A stretch of DNA of 64,000 bases from Alkalispirochaeta sp. (lineage in GTDB: Bacteria; Spirochaetota; Spirochaetia; DSM-27196; Alkalispirochaetaceae): contig OZ271854.1 in the NCBI GenBank assembly GCA_965601925.1, positions 4,800,001-4,864,000 on the forward strand, written 5' to 3'. Shown piece after piece: positions 1 through 9,482 of the stretch. A model generated the notes under the pieces. It was not told the DNA's origin, made no database searches, and worked only from the letters and a program-made list of their open reading frames with translations. The position numbers and the translations under genes were made by a program. Every line of letters begins with the position of its first letter. Position 1 is the stretch's first letter.

Positions 1-60
1 CTCCATATTCGACTCCGTTGTACCTGTCGATGCGCGCCGGCAGCGGGTGCATGCGCCGGA

Positions 61-669
61 TCAGTTCATGGACGGTTTGAATCCCGTCTCGGCTACGATC
101 CGGTAAAAGCTGCCTTTTCTACTCAACGCCTCTTTCCATCCCTCTTCGGGCTCCGAACGAAACACGACATCGGCCTCGGCTCTGTGGATATACCACGCAT
201 CCTCGGCGATCTCGCCCTCCAGCTGTTCCGGGCCCCATCCCGAGTAGCCGGCGCACACCTTAATGAGCGGTCGCTGTCCGACGGCGAGAGTGTGGTAGTC
301 TTCGGACCGTGAGTAGTCGATCACGTGTTGAAACGAGGGCTCGAAGAAGATACCCGCCGTCGGTTCCTCGCTATGTTCGCTGCGATACCGTTCCGGGATA
401 CCGGAGTGGAGCGCGAACACGTAGTTCTGCTGGACCGGCCCGCCGACGAAGACGGGAATCTTTGCCAGAGGGGATGTATCGAGCCCCTCTATCACCTCGC
501 CCGCGGTCACCTCACTCTGCCGATTGACCACCAACCCGAACGCCCCGTCGCCGTTGTGGTGAATGATGAGCACCACGGTACGAAAGAAATTAGGATCCTG
601 CAGCTCCGTTTCGGCAATGAGGAAATATCCCGCCAGATCGTGTGGAACGGGGTGCTCGTTCGAGTCCAT
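61..669 (-). CDS. YqgE/AlgH (DUF179) family protein
   Basis: Motifs DPNFFRTVVLI, GLVVNR, GGPV, GYSGWGPEQLEGEI. The ORF extends to 702, but ATG 669 is preferred because TATACT lies 6 nt upstream. Confidence 0.9.
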   Translation of the reverse strand: MDSNEHPVPHDLAGYFLIAETELQDPNFFRTVVLIIHHNGDGAFGLVVNRQSEVTAGEVIEGLDTSPLAKIPVFVGGPVQQNYVFALHSGIPERYRSEHSEEPTAGIFFEPSFQHVIDYSRSEDYHTLAVGQRPLIKVCAGYSGWGPEQLEGEIAEDAWYIHRAEADVVFRSEPEEGWKEALSRKGSFYRIVAETGFKPSMN

Positions 670-772
670 ACCAATAGTATACGCCGATGTGCGATTCGAC
701 ATAACCCCGTAGCGGTGTCGTGTGGTACCTGCGGTTCAACGGATCTCCGACGACGCGGGACGTTCCATCGAT

Positions 773-1546
773 CTATATGCGTGCGAGCGCGGCGATATCG
801 CCCACCTTCTTTCTCGTCGCTTCGTATCCGCGTTCGATCGCCTCATCGATACGGCCCAAGTCGGCGTAGCGAAAGCCGCTCAGATCGGGCTCGATCGTCA
901 CATCGGCGGCGGCCTTGCCCTTTTGACTCATGCCGGCGATGAGGATATTGAAGCTGCAGAAGAGTACATCGATCAGATGGTCCGGCGTTTTGTTTTTGGT
1001 GCGGTCGGCGTTCAGATCGACGCCGATAACCACCTCGGCACCCAACTCTCTCGCGATATCGCCGGGGACCTCGTTGACTAATGCGCCGTCGACCAGTAAC
1101 CGTCCGTCGACCTCGACGGGCTCGAATACGACCGGAACGCTACAGCTCGCGCGCACCGCCGCGGCGATCGAGCCTTGCGAGAACAGGACCGCCTCACCGG
1201 TCGTGATATCGGCCGCCACGGTCGCAAAGGGCGTATCGAGATCGGAGAACGACTTGCCGTGGGTCAACTCGGAGAGTACGCGTTCGAGCTTCGTCGCTTG
1301 GACGAGTCCGCGCTTGGGCCACGTAACGCCGACCAAGTCGGACCAATCGACATCGCGTGCGCGACGCTCCAACTCGTGCCAGTCGTAACCGCACACCACA
1401 AGCGCTCCGATCAAACTTCCCACGCTGGTACCGGTTACGCAGTCGACTCCGATGTCCGCCTCGTGGAGACATTTCAGCACACCGATGTGCGCCATGCCCC
1501 GCGCACCGCCGCCGCCGAGGGCGAGCCCGACTCTTCGACGTTTCAA
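773..1546 (-). CDS. Patatin-like phospholipase (RssA-like)
   Basis: GGGGARG oxyanion loop, GTSVG nucleophile elbow, DGA catalytic Asp motif. Confidence 0.92.
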   Translation of the reverse strand: MKRRRVGLALGGGGARGMAHIGVLKCLHEADIGVDCVTGTSVGSLIGALVVCGYDWHELERRARDVDWSDLVGVTWPKRGLVQATKLERVLSELTHGKSFSDLDTPFATVAADITTGEAVLFSQGSIAAAVRASCSVPVVFEPVEVDGRLLVDGALVNEVPGDIARELGAEVVIGVDLNADRTKNKTPDHLIDVLFCSFNILIAGMSQKGKAAADVTIEPDLSGFRYADLGRIDEAIERGYEATRKKVGDIAALARI

Positions 1547-3528
1547 AGCGACGCGAGAATCTGCTCGACTTCGCCGCGGTTCGCGTAGTTCGGGTTACCC
1601 GTCAACAACTCGTCGAGCACGGTACGCGCCGCGTCGGGATCCTCCTGGGCCACGTACAACTCGCCCAAGCGGTGATACGCAAGCCAAAAGCGCGGATTGA
1701 TCTTGACGACGTCGTTGAGGGCGCGCTCCGCACGATCCAACTGCTCGGCCTCGAGATACGCCAGGGCGAGGTTGTAGTGCACCTGCGCCTCGTTGGGCCG
1801 AATACCGATCGCGGTGTTGAAGTGGTTGATCGCCTGATCGTACAGCCGTAGATCGAGATATACATTTCCGAGGTTATTGTTAATCTCGAAGCCGTCGGGA
1901 GCGCGACGATAGGCGGTAGTAAGGACCTGCAACGCCTGCTCGTGCGAACCCTGCTCGTTTAACAGCCGACCGAGCTCAATCAAGGAACGGTCGTACGTCC
2001 CGTCACGCTGCACCGCGGTCATGTGCGCCTCGATCGCCGCCTCGCGGTTCTCGAGCCCCTCGTGAATCTTTCCGAGGGTGAAGTAGTACTCCGGCGGGTC
2101 GTCGTCGAGCTGGATCGCCCTGAGAATGAGCGGAAGCGCCTCACGCTCCTTGCCGATCTCACTCTTAACGAGCGCGGCGTTGTAATTATGCAGCGCGCTG
2201 ACGGGCTCAAGGTCGACGGCGCGATCGAACTCGCGCTCGGCGTCGGTCAGGCGTCCCTGACGATAGAAGGCGGTCGCGAGTCGTGAGAAATAACGCGCAT
2301 CGCCGTCGTGAAGATCGATCGCCTGCCGGAAGCTCTCCTCGGCACCGCCGAGATCGCCGCCACTCAGAAGAATCGTTCCGATCCGATAGTACGCCCGGTG
2401 GTCGTCGGCACTCACCTCCACGGCAAAACGGAACGCCTCGAGTGCACGCGCGCTATCTCGCAACTGCAGATTGGTGATACCGAGATTGTGGTAGGCGTTG
2501 GGGTAAAACGGGTCGATACGCACCGCACCCTCGTAACTCGAGCGTGCCGCACGGAACTCGCCGGCCCGAAACTGCGCCCGAGCCAACTCATAGAGTACCG
2601 CCGCGCTGTCGGGATTGAGTCGCGCGGCTGCGGAGTAAGAGGTGGTGGCGTCGTCGTAACGTTCGGTCTCGTAGTAGACCTGACCCAGGGCGTAGTGCGC
2701 TTCCCACACATCGTCGTTGCGTTCGATCGCGCGGTTGGCGTACTGAATCGCCTCCTGCCGATTGCGCGGACTGGTCGGATCCTCGGCGATATGGCTCAAC
2801 GCCATCACGGCGAGCGCCTCGGCGTGGAGACGATCCTCCATGTTCCGATCGTCGAGCGTCACGTCGAGCGCACGCTCCAAGTTGCTGCGCGCCCTAATAT
2901 GGTCGCCATCGTCCACCAAGTTCCGGGCCGTATCGAGAGCGTCTTGGATCGACTCGGTCCTGCTACGTTCCTCCGCGCTTAACCGTGCAAGCTCCGCTTG
3001 ACGTTCCTCCTCGGCACGCTCTTCGGCCTCGACCCTTCGACGTTCCTCGGCGACGCGTTGCTCGGCGAGTTCGCGCTGTACGGCCAGTTCCGCCTCTCGT
3101 CTTCGCGCTTCGGCCTCGACGCGGCGCGCCTCCGCCTCCGCTTGTTGCGCCGCCAGGGCCAACGCCTCGGTGTCTTGGTTCGGCCTATTGCCGTCCGCCA
3201 ATGCGTCGGCCCGTTGTTGCGCGGCGATTGCGGCGTCGCGTAGGACCCGCGCCTCTTCGTCATCGGCGTTCTCGATGAGTATGGAATCGAGAAGATCCAA
3301 TGCGCGCTGATACTCGCCGCGGTCGATATACTCGCGAGCGAGGGACAACGTATTTCTGCGGCGCTGCTCTGAACGCGCAGCGTCCTCGTCGGCGGTCGTT
3401 ACTGCGGCGGCGTCTGCGGGTGTCGCGGCTCCGTCGCTGCGCAGGAGCAATAAAAGCGTGACGCCCAACGCGACGACCGCCAACGCTATTCCACCGGCGA
3501 TAAAGATCCGTGTTCTGGATCGACTCAT
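1543..3528 (-). CDS. Membrane-anchored multi-TPR protein with an E/R-rich helical segment
   Basis: N-terminal hydrophobic helix and many TPR-consensus repeats (AHYALG, AYHNLG, NNNLG, HYNLA). 4-nt overlap with the patatin gene. Confidence 0.88.
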   Translation of the reverse strand: MSRSRTRIFIAGGIALAVVALGVTLLLLLRSDGAATPADAAAVTTADEDAARSEQRRRNTLSLAREYIDRGEYQRALDLLDSILIENADDEEARVLRDAAIAAQQRADALADGNRPNQDTEALALAAQQAEAEARRVEAEARRREAELAVQRELAEQRVAEERRRVEAEERAEEERQAELARLSAEERSRTESIQDALDTARNLVDDGDHIRARSNLERALDVTLDDRNMEDRLHAEALAVMALSHIAEDPTSPRNRQEAIQYANRAIERNDDVWEAHYALGQVYYETERYDDATTSYSAAARLNPDSAAVLYELARAQFRAGEFRAARSSYEGAVRIDPFYPNAYHNLGITNLQLRDSARALEAFRFAVEVSADDHRAYYRIGTILLSGGDLGGAEESFRQAIDLHDGDARYFSRLATAFYRQGRLTDAEREFDRAVDLEPVSALHNYNAALVKSEIGKEREALPLILRAIQLDDDPPEYYFTLGKIHEGLENREAAIEAHMTAVQRDGTYDRSLIELGRLLNEQGSHEQALQVLTTAYRRAPDGFEINNNLGNVYLDLRLYDQAINHFNTAIGIRPNEAQVHYNLALAYLEAEQLDRAERALNDVVKINPRFWLAYHRLGELYVAQEDPDAARTVLDELLTGNPNYANRGEVEQILASL

Positions 3529-3541
3529 AGTCTAGTGCCTC

Positions 3542-4390
3542 TCAGTCCAAAATATCGATGTCTTCTTCGTAGGTTCGGATATCTTCGTTATCCAACTCGA
3601 AGCTCTGCGCCTCGTCAGTCGCCGTGCTCAGCGACTGCAGAACCGAATCCAGCACCGCTTGGCGACGCGCTTCGGCCGCGCGTAACTCTTCTTCGACACG
3701 ACGCTCCTCGGCGATTCTCACCGCTTCCTCGCGCCGTGAACGCTCCTCCTCGGCAACGCGTCGCGCCTCCTCTTCGGCGATGCGACGCTCTTCCTCCTGC
3801 TCCTGCCTCATACGCTCCGTCTCGATCGTCTGCGTGAGAAGGACGATCATCCGTTCAATCTCGGAGCGTTGCGCGCTACTCGGCCTGAGCGCCAAATAGA
3901 ACTGGTAGTCTCGGACCGCATCGTCGTATCCTCCCAACGATACGTGCGTGTTGGCGCGGTTGAGGTAGGAGGAGGCCATCGCACCGTCGAACTCAAGCGA
4001 GGCGCTGTACATCTCCACCGCGGCGGCGTCTCGGTCCTGACGCGCATACAGCGCCCCGAGATCGAAGGCGAACCGCGACCGTTCGGGGCCGGTCAGCCAA
4101 TCGCGCTCCATGCCTTGACGGAGCACGACTTCCGCCTCGACGACCCGCCCCGTTTGCTCAAGAACAAAGGCGAGCATGCGAACCGCCTCGGCGTCGGACG
4201 GATCGGACGAGACGGCCAACTCCAGAAGCGGCAGCGCCTCGTCCAGCCGATTGTGCTGCAACGCATCGACGGCGCGCTCGCGCACGTCGGTCGCAGCCGG
4301 CTGCTGGGCCCTCGTCGCCGGGGTCGCGAAGAATAAGGAGGCGATGAGCAGCGCAGCGACACCGCCGGTCGACCCGCATCGACGCTGCAC
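3542..4390 (-). CDS. Exported TPR protein with a C-terminal E/R-rich helix
   Basis: TPR repeats (AFDLGALY, SYLNRAN) and a signal-peptide-like segment. GTG 4390 follows GGAGGAAAAGGAG; the upstream ORF extension overlaps the divergent gene. Confidence 0.78.
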   Translation of the reverse strand: MQRRCGSTGGVAALLIASLFFATPATRAQQPAATDVRERAVDALQHNRLDEALPLLELAVSSDPSDAEAVRMLAFVLEQTGRVVEAEVVLRQGMERDWLTGPERSRFAFDLGALYARQDRDAAAVEMYSASLEFDGAMASSYLNRANTHVSLGGYDDAVRDYQFYLALRPSSAQRSEIERMIVLLTQTIETERMRQEQEEERRIAEEEARRVAEEERSRREEAVRIAEERRVEEELRAAEARRQAVLDSVLQSLSTATDEAQSFELDNEDIRTYEEDIDILD

Positions 4391-4432
4391 ACTCCTTTTC
4401 CTCCATTTTGACCCGAAGGGCGGGGTCCTATC

Positions 4433-4461
4433 TTGCCACTTACGGCCTCGGTTATCATAAT
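4433..4461 (+). promoter_or_regulatory. Sigma70-like promoter TTGCCA-17-CATAAT, near-leaderless
   Basis: -35 at 4433-4438, -10 at 4456-4461, ATG 8 nt downstream, no SD. Confidence 0.55.
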
Positions 4462-4469
4462 TACCGCAA

Positions 4470-5822
4470 ATGGGTTTCATAATCGTCATCGTCTTCCTGG
4501 GCGTCGGGATAGGCATTACAACCTTCTTTATCGTCAGAAACCTGGTTGCTCCCAAAAAAATAGCCCGCGTGGAACAACTTCTCAAGCAGAACAAACCGTC
4601 GGCGGCGATCAAAACGGCCAAGCAACTCCTCGCGAAGGATCAGCGCGACCCCGAGGTACACTATCTCCTCGGACGCGCATATTTTCAAGATCACAAGCCC
4701 GAACTCGCCCTGATGGAGTTCAAGATGGTCAATGAGATCGGTGTATTCGGAAAAGGAGTGCCGGAGGTGCCCTTTCGTCGCCAGATCGCCGAACTCTTCA
4801 GGCGGTACAACCAACCGGAGGAGGCGTTAAAGGAGTACCTCCTACTCCTCCAAAAGGACCCCAATACGGCGGACAACTACTTTCAAGCCGGGCAACTGTT
4901 CGAGGACCGTAATAAGGGAGCCAAGGCGGTCGGTTACTATCGCAAGGCGATCTCGCTCCAGCCGCGACACGGCCTGGCGTATCTCCGTCTGGGGCTTATT
5001 CTCTACCGAGCAAAGAAATACGCCGATGCAAAACAATATCTGGAAAAGGCTATTCGTTTCGAGTCGGATCACTACGAGGCGTACTACTACATCGGTCGCA
5101 TCCAAAAAGAGAGTAAAGACTTCGTCGGTGCGCTGAAGTCGTTCGAGTGGGCGACCAAGGCGCCGGACTACAAAATCAAGTCCCTCATCGAGCGTGGGAC
5201 GTGCTACATGGAGATGAATAACAACGACCGCGCCATCTCCGAGCTGGAGCGGGCGATCGGGCAGATCAAGACACCGGCCGAGGGCGATGCGCTCTGGGCG
5301 CGGTATTTTTTGGCCACCGCATACGAGCGCACCAGAAAGATCGAACGTGCGATTGAGCAGTGGGAGGCGATCTATCGCCAAAAACCCGGATTCCAGGATA
5401 TCGCCGAAAAGCTCTCGCAGTATCAAGAGCTGCGGCAAGACGATGTCGTAAAAGATTTTCTCACCGCGTCGCAGGGTGACTTTCGCGCTTTGTGCGAGCA
5501 GGCGACATCGGCGATGGGGCTGTCGGTTCAGTCGATTACCGACGAGAAGGACGGCGCGAGCCTCGTGGCGGTGGAGGCCAAGACGAACTGGCGCAATACC
5601 AAGGCGATGCCCTACATCGTACGATTCGTACGGGTAGCGGAGTTGATCGACGAAGCGACGGTGCGAGAAACCTACGAAGAGATGCGTAAACAGAACGTAA
5701 CGCGCGCCATTCTCGTTGCCAGCAGCAACTTTTCGAGAATGGCAATCGACTACGCGGAGTCACGGCCGATCGAGCTGTATAACAAAGACAAACTTCAGAA
5801 ACTCCTCAAGAGTAGCTCATGA
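4470..5822 (+). CDS. TM-anchored TPR protein with a C-terminal Mrr-like restriction endonuclease-fold domain
   Basis: N-terminal TM and TPR array. The C-terminus (FRALCEQ...ILVASSNFSRMAIDYAESRPIELYNKDKLQKLL) resembles Mrr_cat. Confidence 0.8.
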   Translation: MGFIIVIVFLGVGIGITTFFIVRNLVAPKKIARVEQLLKQNKPSAAIKTAKQLLAKDQRDPEVHYLLGRAYFQDHKPELALMEFKMVNEIGVFGKGVPEVPFRRQIAELFRRYNQPEEALKEYLLLLQKDPNTADNYFQAGQLFEDRNKGAKAVGYYRKAISLQPRHGLAYLRLGLILYRAKKYADAKQYLEKAIRFESDHYEAYYYIGRIQKESKDFVGALKSFEWATKAPDYKIKSLIERGTCYMEMNNNDRAISELERAIGQIKTPAEGDALWARYFLATAYERTRKIERAIEQWEAIYRQKPGFQDIAEKLSQYQELRQDDVVKDFLTASQGDFRALCEQATSAMGLSVQSITDEKDGASLVAVEAKTNWRNTKAMPYIVRFVRVAELIDEATVRETYEEMRKQNVTRAILVASSNFSRMAIDYAESRPIELYNKDKLQKLLKSSS

Positions 5823-6490
5823 GAATCCTTTGCGTCGCCGATCACGTCGATCCGCTCGTCTACAGTACCGCCGTCAGAAGCCGCTTCGGCGACGTCGATT
5901 TGGTTATCGGAGCCGGCGACCTGCCGATGGAGTATCTCGGGTTCATCGCATCGAGCCTCAATCGACCGATATGCTTCGTGTTCGGCAACCACAACCTCAA
6001 AGAGTTGCGCCATTTTCGACGCTCCGAGCGGCCGATGCTCGACGATACGAGCATAGCCTCCCAGATTCGCAACTACTACGGCGCAACCTGCTTAGAAGAT
6101 CGCGTACGCAAAGTGGAGGGGTTGCTGATCGCCGGTCTTGGCGGCAGCATGCGCTATAACGACGGGGATCATCAGTTCACCGAATTCGAGATGTACCGCC
6201 GTGTGTGGCGTCTCGTCCCCCGCCTCCTCTGGAATCGTTTGGTGCACGGCCGGTATCTCGATATCCTCGTGACGCACGCCTCTCCACGTGGTATCCATGA
6301 TAAAGAGGATTTGTGTCATACCGGATTCGGGAGTTTCTTGTGGTTCATGCGCGCCTTCAAGCCGCGTTATCTACTCCACGGGCACATCCACCTGTATGAT
6401 CTCAACGCCCAACGTGTGACCCGTTATGAGGAAACCGAGGTCATAAACGTCTATGATCACTTTGTGTTGGAATTGGAGGGGCGCCAATGA
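5819..6490 (+). CDS. Calcineurin-like metallophosphoesterase
   Basis: Motifs VADH, GAGD, GNH, LVTH, HGHIH. ATGA overlaps on both sides. Confidence 0.9.
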   Translation: MRILCVADHVDPLVYSTAVRSRFGDVDLVIGAGDLPMEYLGFIASSLNRPICFVFGNHNLKELRHFRRSERPMLDDTSIASQIRNYYGATCLEDRVRKVEGLLIAGLGGSMRYNDGDHQFTEFEMYRRVWRLVPRLLWNRLVHGRYLDILVTHASPRGIHDKEDLCHTGFGSFLWFMRAFKPRYLLHGHIHLYDLNAQRVTRYEETEVINVYDHFVLELEGRQ

Positions 6491-7422
6491 ACGATTTGGT
6501 CCAGGCGGAAGCGCGGGATGATTTCAATCGGGCCCGCAAACAGGCGTTTTTCGGCCAGGTGTTCAGCCTGTTCAGTACCGAACGCCGTGAGCTGCTCTCG
6601 CTCCAGGAGGTCAAGGACGTACTGAAACCGCGTGGAGAGACCTACCGCGGTATGCAGACGGTCCCGATCGACCGTATCGTGGGGAGCGAAGGGCGTTATC
6701 GCGACTTCAACAAGCAGTTCCTGCCGCGCCACGAGTATTTACGGAATCGGTGGCAACGGGTCGATATGGCGCATCTGACCGACGTCATTCTGCCGCCGAT
6801 TACGTTGTATGAGATCTGCGGCCTCTATTTCGTGCGCGACGGAAACCATCGCGTCTCGGTGGCCAAGGCGCAGGGCGTACACTCAATAGATGCCGAGGTG
6901 GTCGCGCTCGACACGGAAATCTCGTTCGCCGAATCGCTAACGCGCGAGAATCTGAGAAAAGCGGTCATCGACCACGAGCGCAAACAGTTTTACGAGCGCA
7001 TGTCGATCGACCGCATACTTCCGGGAGTACGACTGGCGGTAAGTGCCACCGGGCGCTACGACGTATTGATGAACCACATCTACGGGCACAAGTACTACCT
7101 CAACGAGTGCGAAACGGTGGAGATCCCCCTCGAGCGGGCGCTCAGGAGTTGGTACGCGCACGTGTATCTCCCCATCGTCGATATCATTCGCAAGAGTAGC
7201 CTCATGGCACGCTTTCCCGGTCGTACCGAGACCGATCTCTACCTGTGGATCGTGAAACACTGGCATGAGCTCAAGGAGCGCTACGGCCAGGACTTTTCGG
7301 TCCAGGACGCCGCAAAGGACTACGCCTACCGATACGGCAAAAGCATCGCACGACGGTTGTGGGAGATGGTGAAGCATCTGTTCGGGGGGAAAGGCACGAC
7401 GGAAGACGACGATCCGGCGTAG
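6487..7422 (+). CDS. ParB/Srx-like N-terminal domain plus DUF4032-like C-terminal domain
   Basis: Motifs IVGSEGRYRDF, LPPITL, YFVRDGNHRVSVA; C-terminal HKYYLNE and HWHELKE. Confidence 0.75.
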   Translation: MNDLVQAEARDDFNRARKQAFFGQVFSLFSTERRELLSLQEVKDVLKPRGETYRGMQTVPIDRIVGSEGRYRDFNKQFLPRHEYLRNRWQRVDMAHLTDVILPPITLYEICGLYFVRDGNHRVSVAKAQGVHSIDAEVVALDTEISFAESLTRENLRKAVIDHERKQFYERMSIDRILPGVRLAVSATGRYDVLMNHIYGHKYYLNECETVEIPLERALRSWYAHVYLPIVDIIRKSSLMARFPGRTETDLYLWIVKHWHELKERYGQDFSVQDAAKDYAYRYGKSIARRLWEMVKHLFGGKGTTEDDDPA

Positions 7423-7436
7423 GCCCACAGGTGCGC

Positions 7437-8120
7437 TTAATCCGCCGCCGCCTCGACCCGCCACGGACCCGATTCCATCCATAACCAGGGGCTCCACTCG
7501 ACGATCAGAAAGATGTCGGTCCCGTCGGATAGCTCGGCCGCCTGCTGAGCCGTATCTGAAACGAGGGACGACCACGGAACGATTCGCTCCTCCGTATCGA
7601 GCGGCCACTCGAGCTCGGTGCTGATCGGTGACGCGTCCGATGCACTCCGGGTCACGTAGAGGCGTCGTGCGTCGGCGGGTACGACGAGGTTGCCGTCGGC
7701 GATACGTGCAAAGGCATCGGGCTCGGCCTCGGGGACGGTCGTCGGAATGGTGACCGTTTGCGACGCCTCGCGACCCGAGAGGTCGATCACGGTGACGACA
7801 AGCGTGTCACGCGGCATACGAGAACGCCCGCGCAGACGGAGACGATCGGATCCGTACCAGTGCTGTCCGTCTCGGGGATGATAGCGCCACGTACTCCCGT
7901 CGAGGTTCCACGACAGATCAAAGTCCTCGTAGGCGATGGTAAGGGTATCGAGCTCTCCCTCCCCGTCGGGATCGTAGACGTCGACGAAGACCGAAAGGCG
8001 CTCCTCGACCTCCTCTTGGTGGGGCACACCGCCGGCGATCAGGCGTGCATCGATCTGCAGTATCTGCGGGTCCGACGAGCTGCACGCCGCAAAGGCGAAC
8101 ACCGAGAGAAACACCCCCAA
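7437..8120 (-). CDS. Hypothetical lipoprotein
   Basis: Hydrophobic stretch ending in lipobox-like FAAC. Start uncertain: the ORF extends to 8225 through the rpsU terminator, so TTG 8120 is preferred. Confidence 0.6.
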   Translation of the reverse strand: MGVFLSVFAFAACSSSDPQILQIDARLIAGGVPHQEEVEERLSVFVDVYDPDGEGELDTLTIAYEDFDLSWNLDGSTWRYHPRDGQHWYGSDRLRLRGRSRMPRDTLVVTVIDLSGREASQTVTIPTTVPEAEPDAFARIADGNLVVPADARRLYVTRSASDASPISTELEWPLDTEERIVPWSSLVSDTAQQAAELSDGTDIFLIVEWSPWLWMESGPWRVEAAAD

Positions 8121-8169
8121 CGCCCGCGCATCGACCGGGTGCCTCTCAGCGTGAAAACGCTGAGAGCAG

Positions 8170-8195
8170 AAAAAAAAACGCCCGTTTCCGGGCGT
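8170..8195 (-). terminator. Rho-independent terminator of rpsU
   Basis: ACGCCCG-GAAA-CGGGCGT hairpin followed by a T run on the minus strand, about 30 nt after the rpsU stop. Confidence 0.85.
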
Positions 8196-8224
8196 CTGTC
8201 GACCGGCGGTATTACGCCGCCGCA

Positions 8225-8434
8225 TTAATAACTCTTGGAAGACTGCATCTTGCGAATCTTCTTCTGGATCTTTCGTTCCATGGCCTTCTTTTTACGATTC
8301 TTGATCGTAGAGGGCTTCTCGTAATACTCGCGCTTCTTCCATTCTCGAATGATTCCTTCCTTCTCGACCATTCGCTTGAAGCGTTTTATAGCCTTCTCGA
8401 GGTTTTCTCCCTCGTCGATTCTCACGATAGCGAT
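8225..8434 (-). CDS. rpsU: 30S ribosomal protein bS21, probable ATC start
   Basis: [33 protein letters not shown] signature. SD AAAGGGGGTGATC precedes the in-frame ATC at 8434, giving 69 aa. Confidence 0.95.
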   Translation of the reverse strand: MAIVRIDEGENLEKAIKRFKRMVEKEGIIREWKKREYYEKPSTIKNRKKKAMERKIQKKIRKMQSSKSY

Positions 8435-8453
8435 GCGATCACCCCCTTTCGTT

Positions 8454-9482
8454 CTAAGGTGATGGTGATAATGACCCACCGAGGGCACCGGTGTCAACAA
8501 GCGGCACTTCTACGGTCGCCTCCGGGTCGACGGGGACGCCGGAGACGCGAAGCTCCCAATGGAGATGCGGACCCGTGGACAGGCCGGTGGAACCGACCGT
8601 TCCGATCGCGTCACCGACGGCGACGAGATCGCCCGGTACGACCGAAAGCTCGTCGAGGTGGTAATAGAGCGTGTAGACTCCCGGGAGGTGCTCGAGCACC
8701 ACGGTTTTTCCGGTGATCAGTCGATCCGTCGCCATCGCCACCCGCCCGGCAGCGGGAGCCAGAATCGGCGTGCCGATCGGGGCGGCGAAGTCGACGCCGT
8801 AGTGAATCGCATCGGCGCTATTGCCGTCGGCGTAGAGAAATACCCGTCGGTCGCCGAACAGAGAGGTACGACGAATCTCGGCGAGAGGAAGGACGAAACG
8901 TCCGATGTGGTGGCGTGCGGCGGCGTCGAACGTCTGCAGGAGCTCCCACAAAACCCGCGACTCTTCGGCTCGTCGCGGATCGTCGGTGGTACGCAGATCG
9001 CTCAGCGCGCCGGTGAGGGCGATATTCTCGCGACGAAACTCGCGCGCCGCGACGGTAAACACCCCGTCTCCCGCGGCCGTCGTCCCGTCGTCGCGATGCG
9101 CCGTAACGGTGAGCGTCGCCTCGCCGGCGCCGACGGTCGTAGGCACGCCGAACATAATCACCCAACGTTCCGGCTCATCGACCTCGGGCGCGCCCATCGA
9201 CCATCCGTGAGCCCGCACCGATACTCCGTCGGCAAAGGTGACCGATCCCTCGGCCGAGACGATAGTCTCTCCGGTGACGCCGACGACGAGCACGCCCCCC
9301 GGCACCGCATCGGGAGCGTGGTCGAGGAGAATCGTCGACGTCTGGGCGACGATCACACCGGGAGCCGAAATACCGGCGATCACGATGAGGACGATGTGCA
9401 GGATGCGACTACGAATCGACGACGATTTGCTCGTCCGACCGCCGCATGTCAACGACGACAAGTTGTATCGTTTCATTTCCAT
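8454..9482 (-). CDS. M23 family metallopeptidase (exported)
   Basis: HYGVDFAA (HxxxD), YYHL and TGPHLHWE (HxH) zinc motifs; N-terminal signal segment. Start uncertain because it overlaps recJ. Confidence 0.9.
   Translation of the reverse strand: MEMKRYNLSSLTCGGRTSKSSSIRSRILHIVLIVIAGISAPGVIVAQTSTILLDHAPDAVPGGVLVVGVTGETIVSAEGSVTFADGVSVRAHGWSMGAPEVDEPERWVIMFGVPTTVGAGEATLTVTAHRDDGTTAAGDGVFTVAAREFRRENIALTGALSDLRTTDDPRRAEESRVLWELLQTFDAAARHHIGRFVLPLAEIRRTSLFGDRRVFLYADGNSADAIHYGVDFAAPIGTPILAPAAGRVAMATDRLITGKTVVLEHLPGVYTLYYHLDELSVVPGDLVAVGDAIGTVGSTGLSTGPHLHWELRVSGVPVDPEATVEVPLVDTGALGGSLSPSP
8468..8497 (-). promoter_or_regulatory. Putative rpsU promoter TTGACA-18-CATTAT
   Basis: Consensus -35 at 8492-8497 and -10 at 8468-8473, inside the 3' end of the M23 gene. 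Confidence 0.5.

Noticed and set aside
8435..8500. His-rich N-terminal extension of bS21 from TTG 8500
   Set aside because: It overlaps the M23 gene and the predicted promoter, and the strong SD lies downstream of it.
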